From contig CBDCXV010000011.1 in NCBI GenBank assembly GCA_965223905.1, positions 992,001-1,056,000 of the forward strand: a stretch of 64,000 nucleotides of DNA, written 5' to 3'. Within the stretch, counting starts at the first letter, position 1, and the number at the start of each line of letters is the position of its first letter. The stretch is from Candidatus Latescibacterota bacterium (GTDB lineage Bacteria > Latescibacterota > UBA2968 > UBA8231). Below are positions 1 to 8,894 of this stretch, piece by piece. The translations under genes were made by a program, and so were the position numbers. Below the pieces are notes generated by a model, which saw only the letters and a program-made list of their open reading frames with translations, had not been told where the DNA came from and did not search any database.

Positions 1-128
1 GTATCCAGGGGCAGATCCCGGGTATCGCTGAAGTTCTGAGACCCGCGGCTGCTCAGCCGGTGTATTCCGGATTGGGAGGAAAGGAAGGCCCGCCTGGACG
101 CGGTCGTGCCCCGGTGGCGATCTGAGAA

Positions 129-743
129 TCAAGCCGCAGCAATCATCTGCCCCAGTGCTGTAAACAACTCATCGCAGTGACCGCACCGTTTCATTGCCTT
201 GTTCGCATCAATCCGTGCCAGCAGATCGCTCGCATGCCTGATCTTGTGGTAGGGCCCCTTCTGCGTGCGCTCCGTCGCCTGGCTCAAGCGGCGTATCAAA
301 TCAACCCTTGACACTGTCTCGAGATTGGCCGCCCTCGGAAGGCCCTGCCCCCTGAAACCCTGCCCGTAGTAGCTTGCCAGAGTTTCCGGGTCAGCGACGA
401 TCCAAGCCTCCATCGCCTGCACCATCAGGTGAACGGCATCTTCGTTGGCAAAGCTCAGATCCCATTTGTCCCCGGATCGAAGGTGGTCCCGGGCCGACTG
501 GCTCACCGGCGCCTCGGCGTCGACCAGAAGGACATTCACCACATCATTCCCGTTTATGACGGCATTTCGAAATCCTTGGAATGCCTCTTTGCGTGGGCCG
601 CAACAGACCAGCTTCCAGCGTAGCGCCTTGTTCCTGGCTGCCTCTTTGAGGGGCTGAAGAAACGAATCCATCCCCTGGCGAAGAGCTGCCCGGTTTTCCT
701 TGCCGACACCCCCGCCTTCCATGTAGATGGCGATGTCAGTCAC
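129..743 (-). CDS. DUF4276 family protein (TOPRIM-like)
   Basis: Starts at GTG 743, overlapping the ATPase stop (GTGA). Motifs IYMEGGG, LLVDAE, MVQAMEAWIVAD and YHKIRH are typical of DUF4276. Confidence 0.75.
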   Translation of the reverse strand: MTDIAIYMEGGGVGKENRAALRQGMDSFLQPLKEAARNKALRWKLVCCGPRKEAFQGFRNAVINGNDVVNVLLVDAEAPVSQSARDHLRSGDKWDLSFANEDAVHLMVQAMEAWIVADPETLASYYGQGFRGQGLPRAANLETVSRVDLIRRLSQATERTQKGPYHKIRHASDLLARIDANKAMKRCGHCDELFTALGQMIAAA

Positions 744-1921
744 GGGTTGGCGCCAAGCTCCCCCATCCGCCAAAGGTCGCCAAGCCTGTATTCGTCCAGC
801 CAATCGGCGAGCTTTTCGGGGTCGAGCCGACGCAACACAGTGCCAGCCCCTGGCCGCTCGCAGGCGACGATGGAGGCCGGCTGATGGGTCAGCGCCGACA
901 CAAAGGCATCGGAATGCGTCGTGACCACCAGTTGCATACGCCCGGAGGCTTCGACGACAAGGTCGGCGAGCAGCGCCACGGCGTCGGGATGCAGTCCGAG
1001 CTCCGGTTCTTCCATGCAGACGAGCGGGGGCGGCGATGGGTTCAACAGGGTCGCCAGCATTGCAATGAATCGGATGGTTCCGTCGGACAGCCGGGTTGCG
1101 GGAATCGGGGTACTGAAGCCGGATTCGTGCAGGAAAAACTGTAAGGTCCCCCCGGAAATCGAGGTGGACATTCGCTCGAACCGGGGGAAAAAACGTTTCA
1201 GATGCTTGTTGAATACCGGACCAGCCTGGTGTTCAATCTGGTTGAGCACCAAGGCCAGATTGCTGCAGTCGGGAAGCAGCCATTTCTCCGGAAGATCCGC
1301 TCGTTGCGGCTGCCGCAACGCACCGTAACGGCCGAACGTCCACTCGCGGAACGTTTGGATTTGCTGAAACTGCCATCCGAGCCAGAAGAGTTCCGGATAT
1401 AGGTCCGGATCCTTGCGCTGCGCTAGGACGGATTGATCCAGCGAGTGCTCTTTCGACGGAACAGTTATCTCCTCGGTTGATCCACCCGGCGGTATCCTCC
1501 TGCGAATGTTGATTTCTGGGTGACCCTGCTGGAAGATGAAATAACAAGTTGGCTCTACTCCCTTGGGAGACCCTTCCTCGATTTCCTCGTGGATGATGTT
1601 GACAAAAGGTCCAATAGTGTTAAACGAGATGCGATACCTCAACGGCTCGTCCGTCATCATATTCGGACCTGTTTCTACTTCTACAGTCGCAGGTGACGAA
1701 CGTTCATCCCCTTTCCACAGCCACTCCTTCGCACCGCCGCCGTCCCGGATCGCAGCGGCGAAGTCCGTCGGCGTGGCGCGCAGGAGCTCCAGCACCTCGA
1801 TGAAGTTCGATTTCCCCGACGCATTCGGACCAATAAGAACGTTCAATGGCTGCAGCTCGAAGAACTCCATATCGGGGGGAAACGACAGCAGCCCACCCAT
1901 GCGAAGCCGTTGGATGAACAT
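740..1921 (-). CDS. ABC-type (AAA_15/AAA_21) ATPase
   Basis: Walker A GPNASGKS, signature LSDGT, Walker B/D-loop CMEEPELGLHP, H-loop VVTTHS; C-terminal LGDLWRMGELGANP. Confidence 0.9.
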   Translation of the reverse strand: MFIQRLRMGGLLSFPPDMEFFELQPLNVLIGPNASGKSNFIEVLELLRATPTDFAAAIRDGGGAKEWLWKGDERSSPATVEVETGPNMMTDEPLRYRISFNTIGPFVNIIHEEIEEGSPKGVEPTCYFIFQQGHPEINIRRRIPPGGSTEEITVPSKEHSLDQSVLAQRKDPDLYPELFWLGWQFQQIQTFREWTFGRYGALRQPQRADLPEKWLLPDCSNLALVLNQIEHQAGPVFNKHLKRFFPRFERMSTSISGGTLQFFLHESGFSTPIPATRLSDGTIRFIAMLATLLNPSPPPLVCMEEPELGLHPDAVALLADLVVEASGRMQLVVTTHSDAFVSALTHQPASIVACERPGAGTVLRRLDPEKLADWLDEYRLGDLWRMGELGANP

Positions 1922-1942
1922 CGGATTTACCCTCCTTGAATT

Positions 1943-3559
1943 TCAGGCATCGAGCACGCCGATGGTCGGACCGAAGCTGTCCTGGTACGCCTGCGCGTCG
2001 AGGCGGCAGTCGATCAGCGTCCCGACGTCCGCGGAAAAAGCCGCTTTCAGCGCTTCCCGAAACCCCTCCGGCGTATCGACGGTTGCCCCTGCGAGTCCGC
2101 AGCACCTGGCCACCTCGGCGTAATCGACCCTCTGCAGCTGCAGCTTGTACTCCGGCATCCCGCGCGCCTTCTGCCTCCACTTCATGGTTCCGAGAGCGTC
2201 GTCGTTCAGGATCACCAGCGGCACCGCCACCCCGACGCGCGCCAGGGTCTCCAGCTCTCCGAGCCGCATCAGCAGACTGCCGTCGGCGCCGAGTCCCATC
2301 ATCGGGATCTCCGGGGCTGCCAGCTTTGCCCCGAGAATCGCCGGTATCGTCAGGCCCATGGTGCGCCCGCCGCTGGTGCCCCGGTAACTTGCCGGATCGT
2401 CGACCTTCCACAGGCGCTCGAGAATGGTGATGTAGATCCCGGTCTCCGAGAACAGCACCCCTCCCGGCGGCATCAGCTCCCTGGCGATCTCGATGATGTC
2501 TTGCGCCGCCAGCCGGGCGTGCGGGGGCCGCGCGAAGTGCGGCTCCACCGCGGCGTCGATCGCGGCCAGATCTGCCATGGGAAAGCCGTCCCCCGCCGTC
2601 GTCAGCTGCGCGATGGAGGCCTTGAGGTCGCCGTCCACTCTCACTTCCGGTTCGGGAGTGAAGGAGAGGTACCCGGGTCGGGCCACGAGCTCGCAGACCG
2701 GCAGTGGAAAGCTCCACGGCACGTGCGCCATCATCGCGTCCGCCCCGGCGAAGAGCACGGCGTCGGCGCGCTCGAGCACCTCCATTTCGACGGTGTTGGC
2801 CACCCAGCTCCCGGTCATCACTCCGGCCCAGCGGGGGTGGGACTCGGGAAAGGCACCGCGTCCGTCCATCGTCGACAGCACCACCCCTCCGATGCGCTCG
2901 ACCAGCTCGACCAGCTCCCGGGTTGCCCCTGCCCGGGTCACGTCGGCCCCAGCGACGACTGCGGGTTTGGCGGATCGTTCGAGAAAGGCCCGCGCCGCCT
3001 CGATGGAAGGGGCCGGCGCAGGCGGGTCGACACTGGCCGGAAGGGGCGCCAGCGGTCCGTCGCAGTCCGCGGCTCCGAGGTCGGAGGGCAGGTCGAGGAG
3101 GACAGGCCCGGGGCGGCCGTCGAGGGCGCGGAAGGAGGCCTCCCGCAGCATCCCGGGCGCGGCCTCCGGGTTCAGGGTGCCGCTGTACTTGACCACCGAG
3201 CCGAACAGCTCCTCGTGGGCGCACTGCTGCACGAGCTCGCCCCGGGTCACCGTCGACGCGGAGGACTCGCACAGGCAGATGACGGGCGCCCGCTCGAAGT
3301 AGGCGTTGACCGCCCCGCCGGCGAGGTTTCCCGCGCCCACCCCCTTCACCGACAGCGCCAGGCCCGCGGTCTCCTTCATCAGGCCGTTGCAGGCTCCCGC
3401 TATCCCCGCGGCCGACTCGTGCGCCACGGACACGAACTCGACCCCGAGCCGGCGGCCGTACTCCATCAGGTCGAGAGGACAACCACCCCCGGGAATCCCG
3501 AAGAAATGGCGAATCCCCCTCTCCCGTGCTTCGCTGATGATCAGTTCTGCAAGTTTCAC
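1943..3559 (-). CDS. Thiamine pyrophosphate-binding protein (acetolactate synthase-like superfamily)
   Basis: GTG start at 3559 after a GGAGG RBS. Motifs FFGIPGGG, catalytic HESAAG, RPGPVLLDLP and ThDP motif GADGS...ILNDDALG. Confidence 0.85.
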   Translation of the reverse strand: MKLAELIISEARERGIRHFFGIPGGGCPLDLMEYGRRLGVEFVSVAHESAAGIAGACNGLMKETAGLALSVKGVGAGNLAGGAVNAYFERAPVICLCESSASTVTRGELVQQCAHEELFGSVVKYSGTLNPEAAPGMLREASFRALDGRPGPVLLDLPSDLGAADCDGPLAPLPASVDPPAPAPSIEAARAFLERSAKPAVVAGADVTRAGATRELVELVERIGGVVLSTMDGRGAFPESHPRWAGVMTGSWVANTVEMEVLERADAVLFAGADAMMAHVPWSFPLPVCELVARPGYLSFTPEPEVRVDGDLKASIAQLTTAGDGFPMADLAAIDAAVEPHFARPPHARLAAQDIIEIARELMPPGGVLFSETGIYITILERLWKVDDPASYRGTSGGRTMGLTIPAILGAKLAAPEIPMMGLGADGSLLMRLGELETLARVGVAVPLVILNDDALGTMKWRQKARGMPEYKLQLQRVDYAEVARCCGLAGATVDTPEGFREALKAAFSADVGTLIDCRLDAQAYQDSFGPTIGVLDA

Positions 3560-3686
3560 GGCCGCTTCAGACCTCCTGTCGACAGGACTCTTGAGTATCC
3601 TTCTGTGAACCGGTAGGTTCGCCCCGCCCCGGCCGGGGCGGAAGGCAGAATGTAGGACCGATACCTGGGGGATGTAACCTTTGGCG

Positions 3687-4292
3687 ATGGACCCTGACCC
3701 AGCCCTGCTGCGGGTCGGCAACGACGTCGTTTACCGGCGCGACCCGCACATAGCCGCCCACCACCTGAAGCGGCGTTTCGTCGACCGGGTCTGCAGCGCC
3801 GGAGAGGCGGAGCGGGTGCGGACGAGCCGGGAGCCCGGCCTTCTGCTGTGGTCGCTGTGGGCGGCGAAGGAGGCGGCCTACAAGGCGGTCGTAAAACTGC
3901 GGCCCGGCACCCCGTTCGCGCACAGGCGCTTCGTCGTCGACGAGTCCCTCTCCGCGGTCCGCTACGAGGATCTGCAGCTGTCGTTGGCGGTGGAAGCGAA
4001 CGAGGAGTGGGTGCACGCCGTCGCCTGCACCGGTGAAGCCGACATCCTGTCGCCAGTGGAGCGGAAGGAAGACGGAACGAGCCAGAAGGAAGCGGTCCGC
4101 GCCCTCGCTCTCGGGGCCGTGGCGGCGCGCTTCGACCTGCCGCGGGACCGCCTCGAGATCGTCCGGCCTCCGGATGCCGAAGGACGCCCCGACCCTCCCG
4201 AGCTGCTCCTCGACGGCCTGGCAACCGGGGTCGACATCAGCCTGTCGCACGACGGCCCGTTCGTCGCCTGTGCGGCCATCCGCCGCGCTTAG
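3687..4292 (+). CDS. 4'-phosphopantetheinyl transferase
   Basis: VGNDVV, WSLWAAKEAAYKA, ISLSHDG; adjacent to the ACP cluster. Confidence 0.85.
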   Translation: MDPDPALLRVGNDVVYRRDPHIAAHHLKRRFVDRVCSAGEAERVRTSREPGLLLWSLWAAKEAAYKAVVKLRPGTPFAHRRFVVDESLSAVRYEDLQLSLAVEANEEWVHAVACTGEADILSPVERKEDGTSQKEAVRALALGAVAARFDLPRDRLEIVRPPDAEGRPDPPELLLDGLATGVDISLSHDGPFVACAAIRRA

Positions 4293-4298
4293 CGCCTC

Positions 4299-5120
4299 TC
4301 AGTCCGAGGTCAGCCGCTCCCGCTCCCGGCGCTCGATCTCGCCGAGCCGGGCCACTTCCTTCAGGACCTTGCGTCCGACCTGCACCTGGTTGCGGAACAG
4401 CCTCGGGTCGACCCCGTCGAACTCCGACATGTCGACCGGGTCCCCGTACACGACGATCACGGGCCGGGCGCGTCCGAAGTTCCGGCGCGCTTCCTCGGCC
4501 GGGTTGTCGCTCAGGCCGTTGATGAAAATCGGAATGACGATCGGACGGGCGTGCAGGACGACGCGGCCGAACCCCGGCTCGGCCGGCAGCAGCTCGTAGG
4601 GATCGCTGTTCTTGTTGCGCGTTCCCTCCGGGTGGATGCCGACCAGGGTCTGAGGCGACTTCAGGCGCTCGGCGAGGAAGTCGAGCCCCGCCCGAGTCAC
4701 CCCCCGCTTGTGGCGCGGCCGGAAGATCGGCGGGAACATCGACATGGTGCTGAAAGCGAGGTTGGAGAGGATCCCGGGCACCGTGTCGTACAGGAATGCC
4801 GAGCGCACCGGGAAGAAGAACTGGTTCCAGTGCACGACGTGCCGGTACAGGTAGCTGGCGATGATGTACTGGTCGAAGTAGGTGCGGTGGTTGGAGGCGA
4901 TCAGGACGCCCCGGTCGGGACGCAGGCCGACCATCCTGTCCATGCCGACGAGGTGGATGCGGCGGCTGGTCAGCAGGGTGACGAAGTGCCGGTGGACGTT
5001 TCTGTTGATCCAGTGGGTGGCGGCGCGGAGGCGCGGGGATTCGTTGATCCTGCTCGCGAACGCCAGGGCCGTGCGCTCTACCCGGGTGAGGGTGGCCAGA
5101 TCCTCGGGGGGTATCTCCAT
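4299..5120 (-). CDS. Lysophospholipid/glycerolipid acyltransferase (PlsC family)
   Basis: NHRTYFD (HX4D) and HPEGTR motifs. Confidence 0.85.
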   Translation of the reverse strand: MEIPPEDLATLTRVERTALAFASRINESPRLRAATHWINRNVHRHFVTLLTSRRIHLVGMDRMVGLRPDRGVLIASNHRTYFDQYIIASYLYRHVVHWNQFFFPVRSAFLYDTVPGILSNLAFSTMSMFPPIFRPRHKRGVTRAGLDFLAERLKSPQTLVGIHPEGTRNKNSDPYELLPAEPGFGRVVLHARPIVIPIFINGLSDNPAEEARRNFGRARPVIVVYGDPVDMSEFDGVDPRLFRNQVQVGRKVLKEVARLGEIERRERERLTSD

Positions 5121-5177
5121 GAAGTCACGGGAGAACGGCGGTGAGGCGGGGGGAGTCCCGCCTCGCGGCTTCAGGTA

Positions 5178-5423
5178 TCAGCCGGTCGTGGCGATCAGGT
5201 TGACGGCATCGCCGACGGTCGTCACCCGGTCGGCGGCGTCGTCGGAGATCTCGATGTCGAAGCCGTCCTCGATTTCGAGAACGATGTCGACCAGCCTCGC
5301 GGAGTTGACCTCGAGATCTTCCTGAATCGAGGTCTCCATGGTGACGTTGGAGAGCGCTTCCTCGTTCTTGGCGAACGGGGTCAGTATCTCGACGATTTTT
5401 TTGAAAACTTCCTGCGTGTCCAT
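5178..5423 (-). CDS. Acyl carrier protein
   Basis: 81 aa, acidic; DLEVNSARLVDIVLEIEDGFDIEISD with the Ppant serine; TTVGDAV. Confidence 0.92.
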   Translation of the reverse strand: MDTQEVFKKIVEILTPFAKNEEALSNVTMETSIQEDLEVNSARLVDIVLEIEDGFDIEISDDAADRVTTVGDAVNLIATTG

Positions 5424-5572
5424 TGCAGCGATCCTTTGATCCGTTTCTTTGGCGGTGACGGCCGTCCCGCGGCAGAGCCGATCCGCTTCTGCATCGCTTT
5501 CGGTGCGGCCGGCATCGCCGGCAATTTTGCGGCCTTTCCCAAGCGGGTATCACCGCAGGCCCACTTATAAAG

Positions 5573-6853
5573 TTACGGGATTTTTCGGAAAATCACACAG
5601 CCGTTCACGTCTCCGAAGCCGAAGCTCGCCTTGGCGACCGCCTTCAGGCCGGGGAGGTCGACGCACTCGTGGGGTATGCGGCCGGCGTAGGCTTCGAGGT
5701 CGGGGTGCAGGTCTTCGCAGTTGATGGAGGGGTGGACGAAGCCGTGGTGGAGCTCGAGGACCGAGGCGACGCACTCGATCCCCCCGGCAGCCCCGAGGGC
5801 GTGTCCTATCAGCGACTTGGTCGAATGGATGTAGGGCATGTCCGCAGGGTCGAGCCGCAGCGCCCGTGACCAGTTCCCGACCTCGTGCGGGTCGGCGAAG
5901 GTGGCGGTGAGGTGGCCGTTGATCGCGCCGATCTCGCCGGCGTAGACCCCCGACATCTCCAGGGCGCCGCGCAGGCAGCGCTCGACGCTGTTGGGGTTGG
6001 GGGCGGTCATGCTGCCCCCCTGGCGATGGCCGCCGCAGTTGAGGAAGACGCCGGCCACCTCGGCGTAGATGCGGGCTCCCCGCTCGCGGGCGGACTCCAT
6101 CTCTTCGAGCATCAGCATGCCGGCCCCCGACCCGGGGATGAAGCCGGCGGCGCTGGCGCTCATCGGCCGCGACGCCGCCTCCGGGTCGTCGTTGCTGTTG
6201 CGGTTGAGGACGCGCATGGCGTCGAACCCGGCCCATATGTAATGGCTGTGCCCCTCCGAGCCCCCGGCGAGCATGCGCTTCGCCAGCCCGTCCCTGATGC
6301 GGTAGTAGGCCTGCACGACCGCCTCGGTGCCGGTGTTGCAGGCGCTCGAGTTGGTGCTCACCTGGTTGCCGAGGGCGAGCTTGCCGGCGATGCGGGCGCT
6401 GTTGCCGCTCGACATGATCTGCTCGACCATGGTGCTTCCGAGCCGCCTAACCCGCCCCGCCTGCGTCCTCGGCGCCAGGGTTTCGGCGATGGTGTCTATG
6501 CCCCCGATCCCGGTGCCGATGATGCCCCCGGTATCCCAGTCGGGCTCGTCGCCGTCCCCGCGCATCTCCAGGCCGGCGTCGTTCCAGGCGTCGATGGCGG
6601 CGATCGCCGCGTACACCATGTTCGCGTTCATCGCGAACAGCTCTTCCTCGCTCAGGTAGGCGGCCTGCAGCTCCTCGACGCCGTCGGGGATGCCGCCGAC
6701 CTGGCAGCCGAACTTCAGCTCGGCGAGTTGCTCGTGAAAGCCGATCCCGCTGCGGCCCCGGCGCAGGGCCTCGGCGAACTGCTCGAGGCCGTGACCGTTG
6801 GGAGCCAGCACTCCGAGGCCGGTGACGGCGACCCTGGTGTCATTTCCGTTCAC
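5573..6853 (-). CDS. fabF: Beta-ketoacyl-ACP synthase (FabF/FabB-like)
   Basis: VAVTGLGVLAPNG; Cys-His-His triad in SSACNTG, NGHLTAT, KSLIGHALGAAG; SFGFG. Confidence 0.85.
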   Translation of the reverse strand: MNGNDTRVAVTGLGVLAPNGHGLEQFAEALRRGRSGIGFHEQLAELKFGCQVGGIPDGVEELQAAYLSEEELFAMNANMVYAAIAAIDAWNDAGLEMRGDGDEPDWDTGGIIGTGIGGIDTIAETLAPRTQAGRVRRLGSTMVEQIMSSGNSARIAGKLALGNQVSTNSSACNTGTEAVVQAYYRIRDGLAKRMLAGGSEGHSHYIWAGFDAMRVLNRNSNDDPEAASRPMSASAAGFIPGSGAGMLMLEEMESARERGARIYAEVAGVFLNCGGHRQGGSMTAPNPNSVERCLRGALEMSGVYAGEIGAINGHLTATFADPHEVGNWSRALRLDPADMPYIHSTKSLIGHALGAAGGIECVASVLELHHGFVHPSINCEDLHPDLEAYAGRIPHECVDLPGLKAVAKASFGFGDVNGCVIFRKIP

Positions 6854-7298
6854 GGGGCACTCCCATTCCCGAAAAGGTCCCGCCGGCGACCCAGGTGCCG
6901 TCGGCGAACCTCAGTTCCACTTTCGATTTCAGTTTCCGGCGCCTCCAGAACAGCTTCTCCGCGGTGATGCGCACCGTGGCTCCGGGCGGGACTACCTGGG
7001 CGAACTCCACCTCGGCGTCGGTGAACAGGCTGATGGTCCCGGCGACCTCCTCCTCGGGAACCTCCATGCCGAGCAGGTGGATCCCCAAAGCGACCAGCCC
7101 GGTCTGGCACATCGCTTCGATCAGGATCACTCCCGGGGTCACCGGGTTGCCGGGGAAGTGGCCCTCGTAAAAAGTCTCGTCCTCGCGGAAGGTGTACTCG
7201 CCGACCGCGGTCGACTCCCCGAGCTCGACGAGGCGGTCGATGAAGCGAAACGGCCGCTGCTGCGGGATCAGGGCGAGCACCTGCTCCGGGGTCAGCAT
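6840..7298 (-). CDS. fabZ: 3-hydroxyacyl-ACP dehydratase, FabZ-type
   Basis: ATG at 7298 (TGATG overlap with fabA); IPQQRPFRFID and GHFPGNPVTPGVILIEAMCQ (His/Glu dyad). Confidence 0.85.
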   Translation of the reverse strand: MLTPEQVLALIPQQRPFRFIDRLVELGESTAVGEYTFREDETFYEGHFPGNPVTPGVILIEAMCQTGLVALGIHLLGMEVPEEEVAGTISLFTDAEVEFAQVVPPGATVRITAEKLFWRRRKLKSKVELRFADGTWVAGGTFSGMGVPRERK

Positions 7299-7891
7299 CA
7301 GGCGCTCCGGTCCATGATGCCGCCGACGCTGTTCGCCGAGCGCTCCGGGTAGTCCGGGTAGCCGATCCCGAGGAACGTGCCGACCTTGGCGTCCTTGACG
7401 GTGTAGATGTGCTCGCCGTCGACGAGCACCCGGGCGCTGCCGATCGCCACCGCGGAACCGGACTCCTTCAGCTGCGAGAAGCGGCGGATGTCGACCTCGT
7501 AGCGCACCACCTCGTTGTAGGGCCGGATCTGGCCGGCGAACTCGACCTCCTTGCAGCCGAGGGCCCGCCCCGAGCCGGGGGCGCCGTTGGCGGCTATGTA
7601 GAGCCCGACGAGCTGCCAGATGGCATCGACCCCGAGGCACCCCGGCTGCACCGGGTCGCCGCGAAAGTGACAGTGAAAGAACCAGTCTGCGACGCCGATC
7701 TCCTGTTCCCCGACGATGCGCCCGCGCGGGCCCCGGCGGTGCAGCTCGACGACGCGCGAGATCATCAGCATCGGCGGCGCCGGCAGGCGGATGAATTCGT
7801 CCGGCGGATCCTCGACCAGGGTGCCCTGCGAGATGCCGAGCAGCTCCTCGGAGGTGAAGTGGCCGCGCTCTGTGAACTCGGAGTAGAGCAT
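7298..7891 (-). CDS. fabA: 3-hydroxyacyl-ACP dehydratase/isomerase, FabA-type
   Basis: RLPAPPMLM, WFFHCHFRGDPVQPGCLGVDAIWQLVG (His/Asp dyad), GRALG, FAGQI. Confidence 0.88.
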   Translation of the reverse strand: MLYSEFTERGHFTSEELLGISQGTLVEDPPDEFIRLPAPPMLMISRVVELHRRGPRGRIVGEQEIGVADWFFHCHFRGDPVQPGCLGVDAIWQLVGLYIAANGAPGSGRALGCKEVEFAGQIRPYNEVVRYEVDIRRFSQLKESGSAVAIGSARVLVDGEHIYTVKDAKVGTFLGIGYPDYPERSANSVGGIMDRSA

Positions 7892-7895
7892 GGCT

Positions 7896-8891
7896 TCAGC
7901 AGACCTCGATGCGCAGGCTCGACCACGTCAGCCCGGAACCGACGACGGCGAGGATGAGGCTGTCGCCGGAGGCCAGCTCGTCCCAGCGCTGGGAGAGGAC
8001 AACTGGGGCCCCGGCGGCGCCGGTGTTGCCGAACTCGGCGACGTTGTGCCAGTGGGACTCGCCGTCGAGGCCCGCCCGCCTGGCGACCCCCTGCAGCATC
8101 AGCAGGTTGGCTTGGTGGCCTATGAACCGGAGGGTCCCGCCCGCGGCCTCGGCGTGCCCGCAAGCCTCGGGAAACATCTCCCTGACCAGGGAGATCGTCG
8201 TCTTGATGGCGAAGCGCTGCACCGCGTTCCCCTCCTGGAAGAAGTGGCCGTGGCGCGGGATGCGGACCGCGTCCCAGCGCTTGGAGTCCGCCCCCAAAGT
8301 GCTGGCGACCACCCGGACCGGCGCCGCCTCCCGGGAGGAGAGGACCGCGGCGCTGGTTCCGTCCCCCCAGAGCACGGCGTTGGCGCGGTCGGAGTAGTCG
8401 ATCGCCCGCGTCGTGTTCTCGGGGTTGACGACGAGGACGAAGCGGGGCAGCCCCTCCATCGAGCCCAGCATGTGCAGCTGCGCCCCGAAGCTGCAGCAGG
8501 CGGAGTTGATGTCGATCCCCGGGGCGTCTATGCCCGCGGCCGCGGCGACGCGGCTGGCGTCGGCCGGGATCGCCATGTCGGGATAGCACCCCCCGGATAC
8601 CACCAGGCCGATCTCCGCGGCGGCAACGCCGGCGCGCTCGAGGGCCATGGCCGCGGCCCGGGCGGCGGTGGCGGCGTTGTCGTACAGGGCCGCCTCCTCG
8701 GCGCCGCGGGGGTCCCGGTTGTGGGTACTGCGGATGTAGTCGAGGGGCAGCACCGTGCGCCGCCGGCGAATCCCCACGCGCTCGAGGATCCATTCGTCGC
8801 TGGTGCCGATGTCGAGATCCTCGAGAAAGCCGTTGTCGATGACGTTCTCGGGATGGAAGTGACCCATGCCGTGCAGGAACAGGGAGGTCAA
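7896..8891 (-). CDS. fabH: Ketoacyl-ACP synthase III (FabH-like)
   Basis: TSDEWILERVGI; Cys-His-Asn triad in SACCSF, GHQAN, GNTGAA. Confidence 0.85.
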   Translation of the reverse strand: MTSLFLHGMGHFHPENVIDNGFLEDLDIGTSDEWILERVGIRRRRTVLPLDYIRSTHNRDPRGAEEAALYDNAATAARAAAMALERAGVAAAEIGLVVSGGCYPDMAIPADASRVAAAAGIDAPGIDINSACCSFGAQLHMLGSMEGLPRFVLVVNPENTTRAIDYSDRANAVLWGDGTSAAVLSSREAAPVRVVASTLGADSKRWDAVRIPRHGHFFQEGNAVQRFAIKTTISLVREMFPEACGHAEAAGGTLRFIGHQANLLMLQGVARRAGLDGESHWHNVAEFGNTGAAGAPVVLSQRWDELASGDSLILAVVGSGLTWSSLRIEVC

Positions 8892-8894
8892 CGA

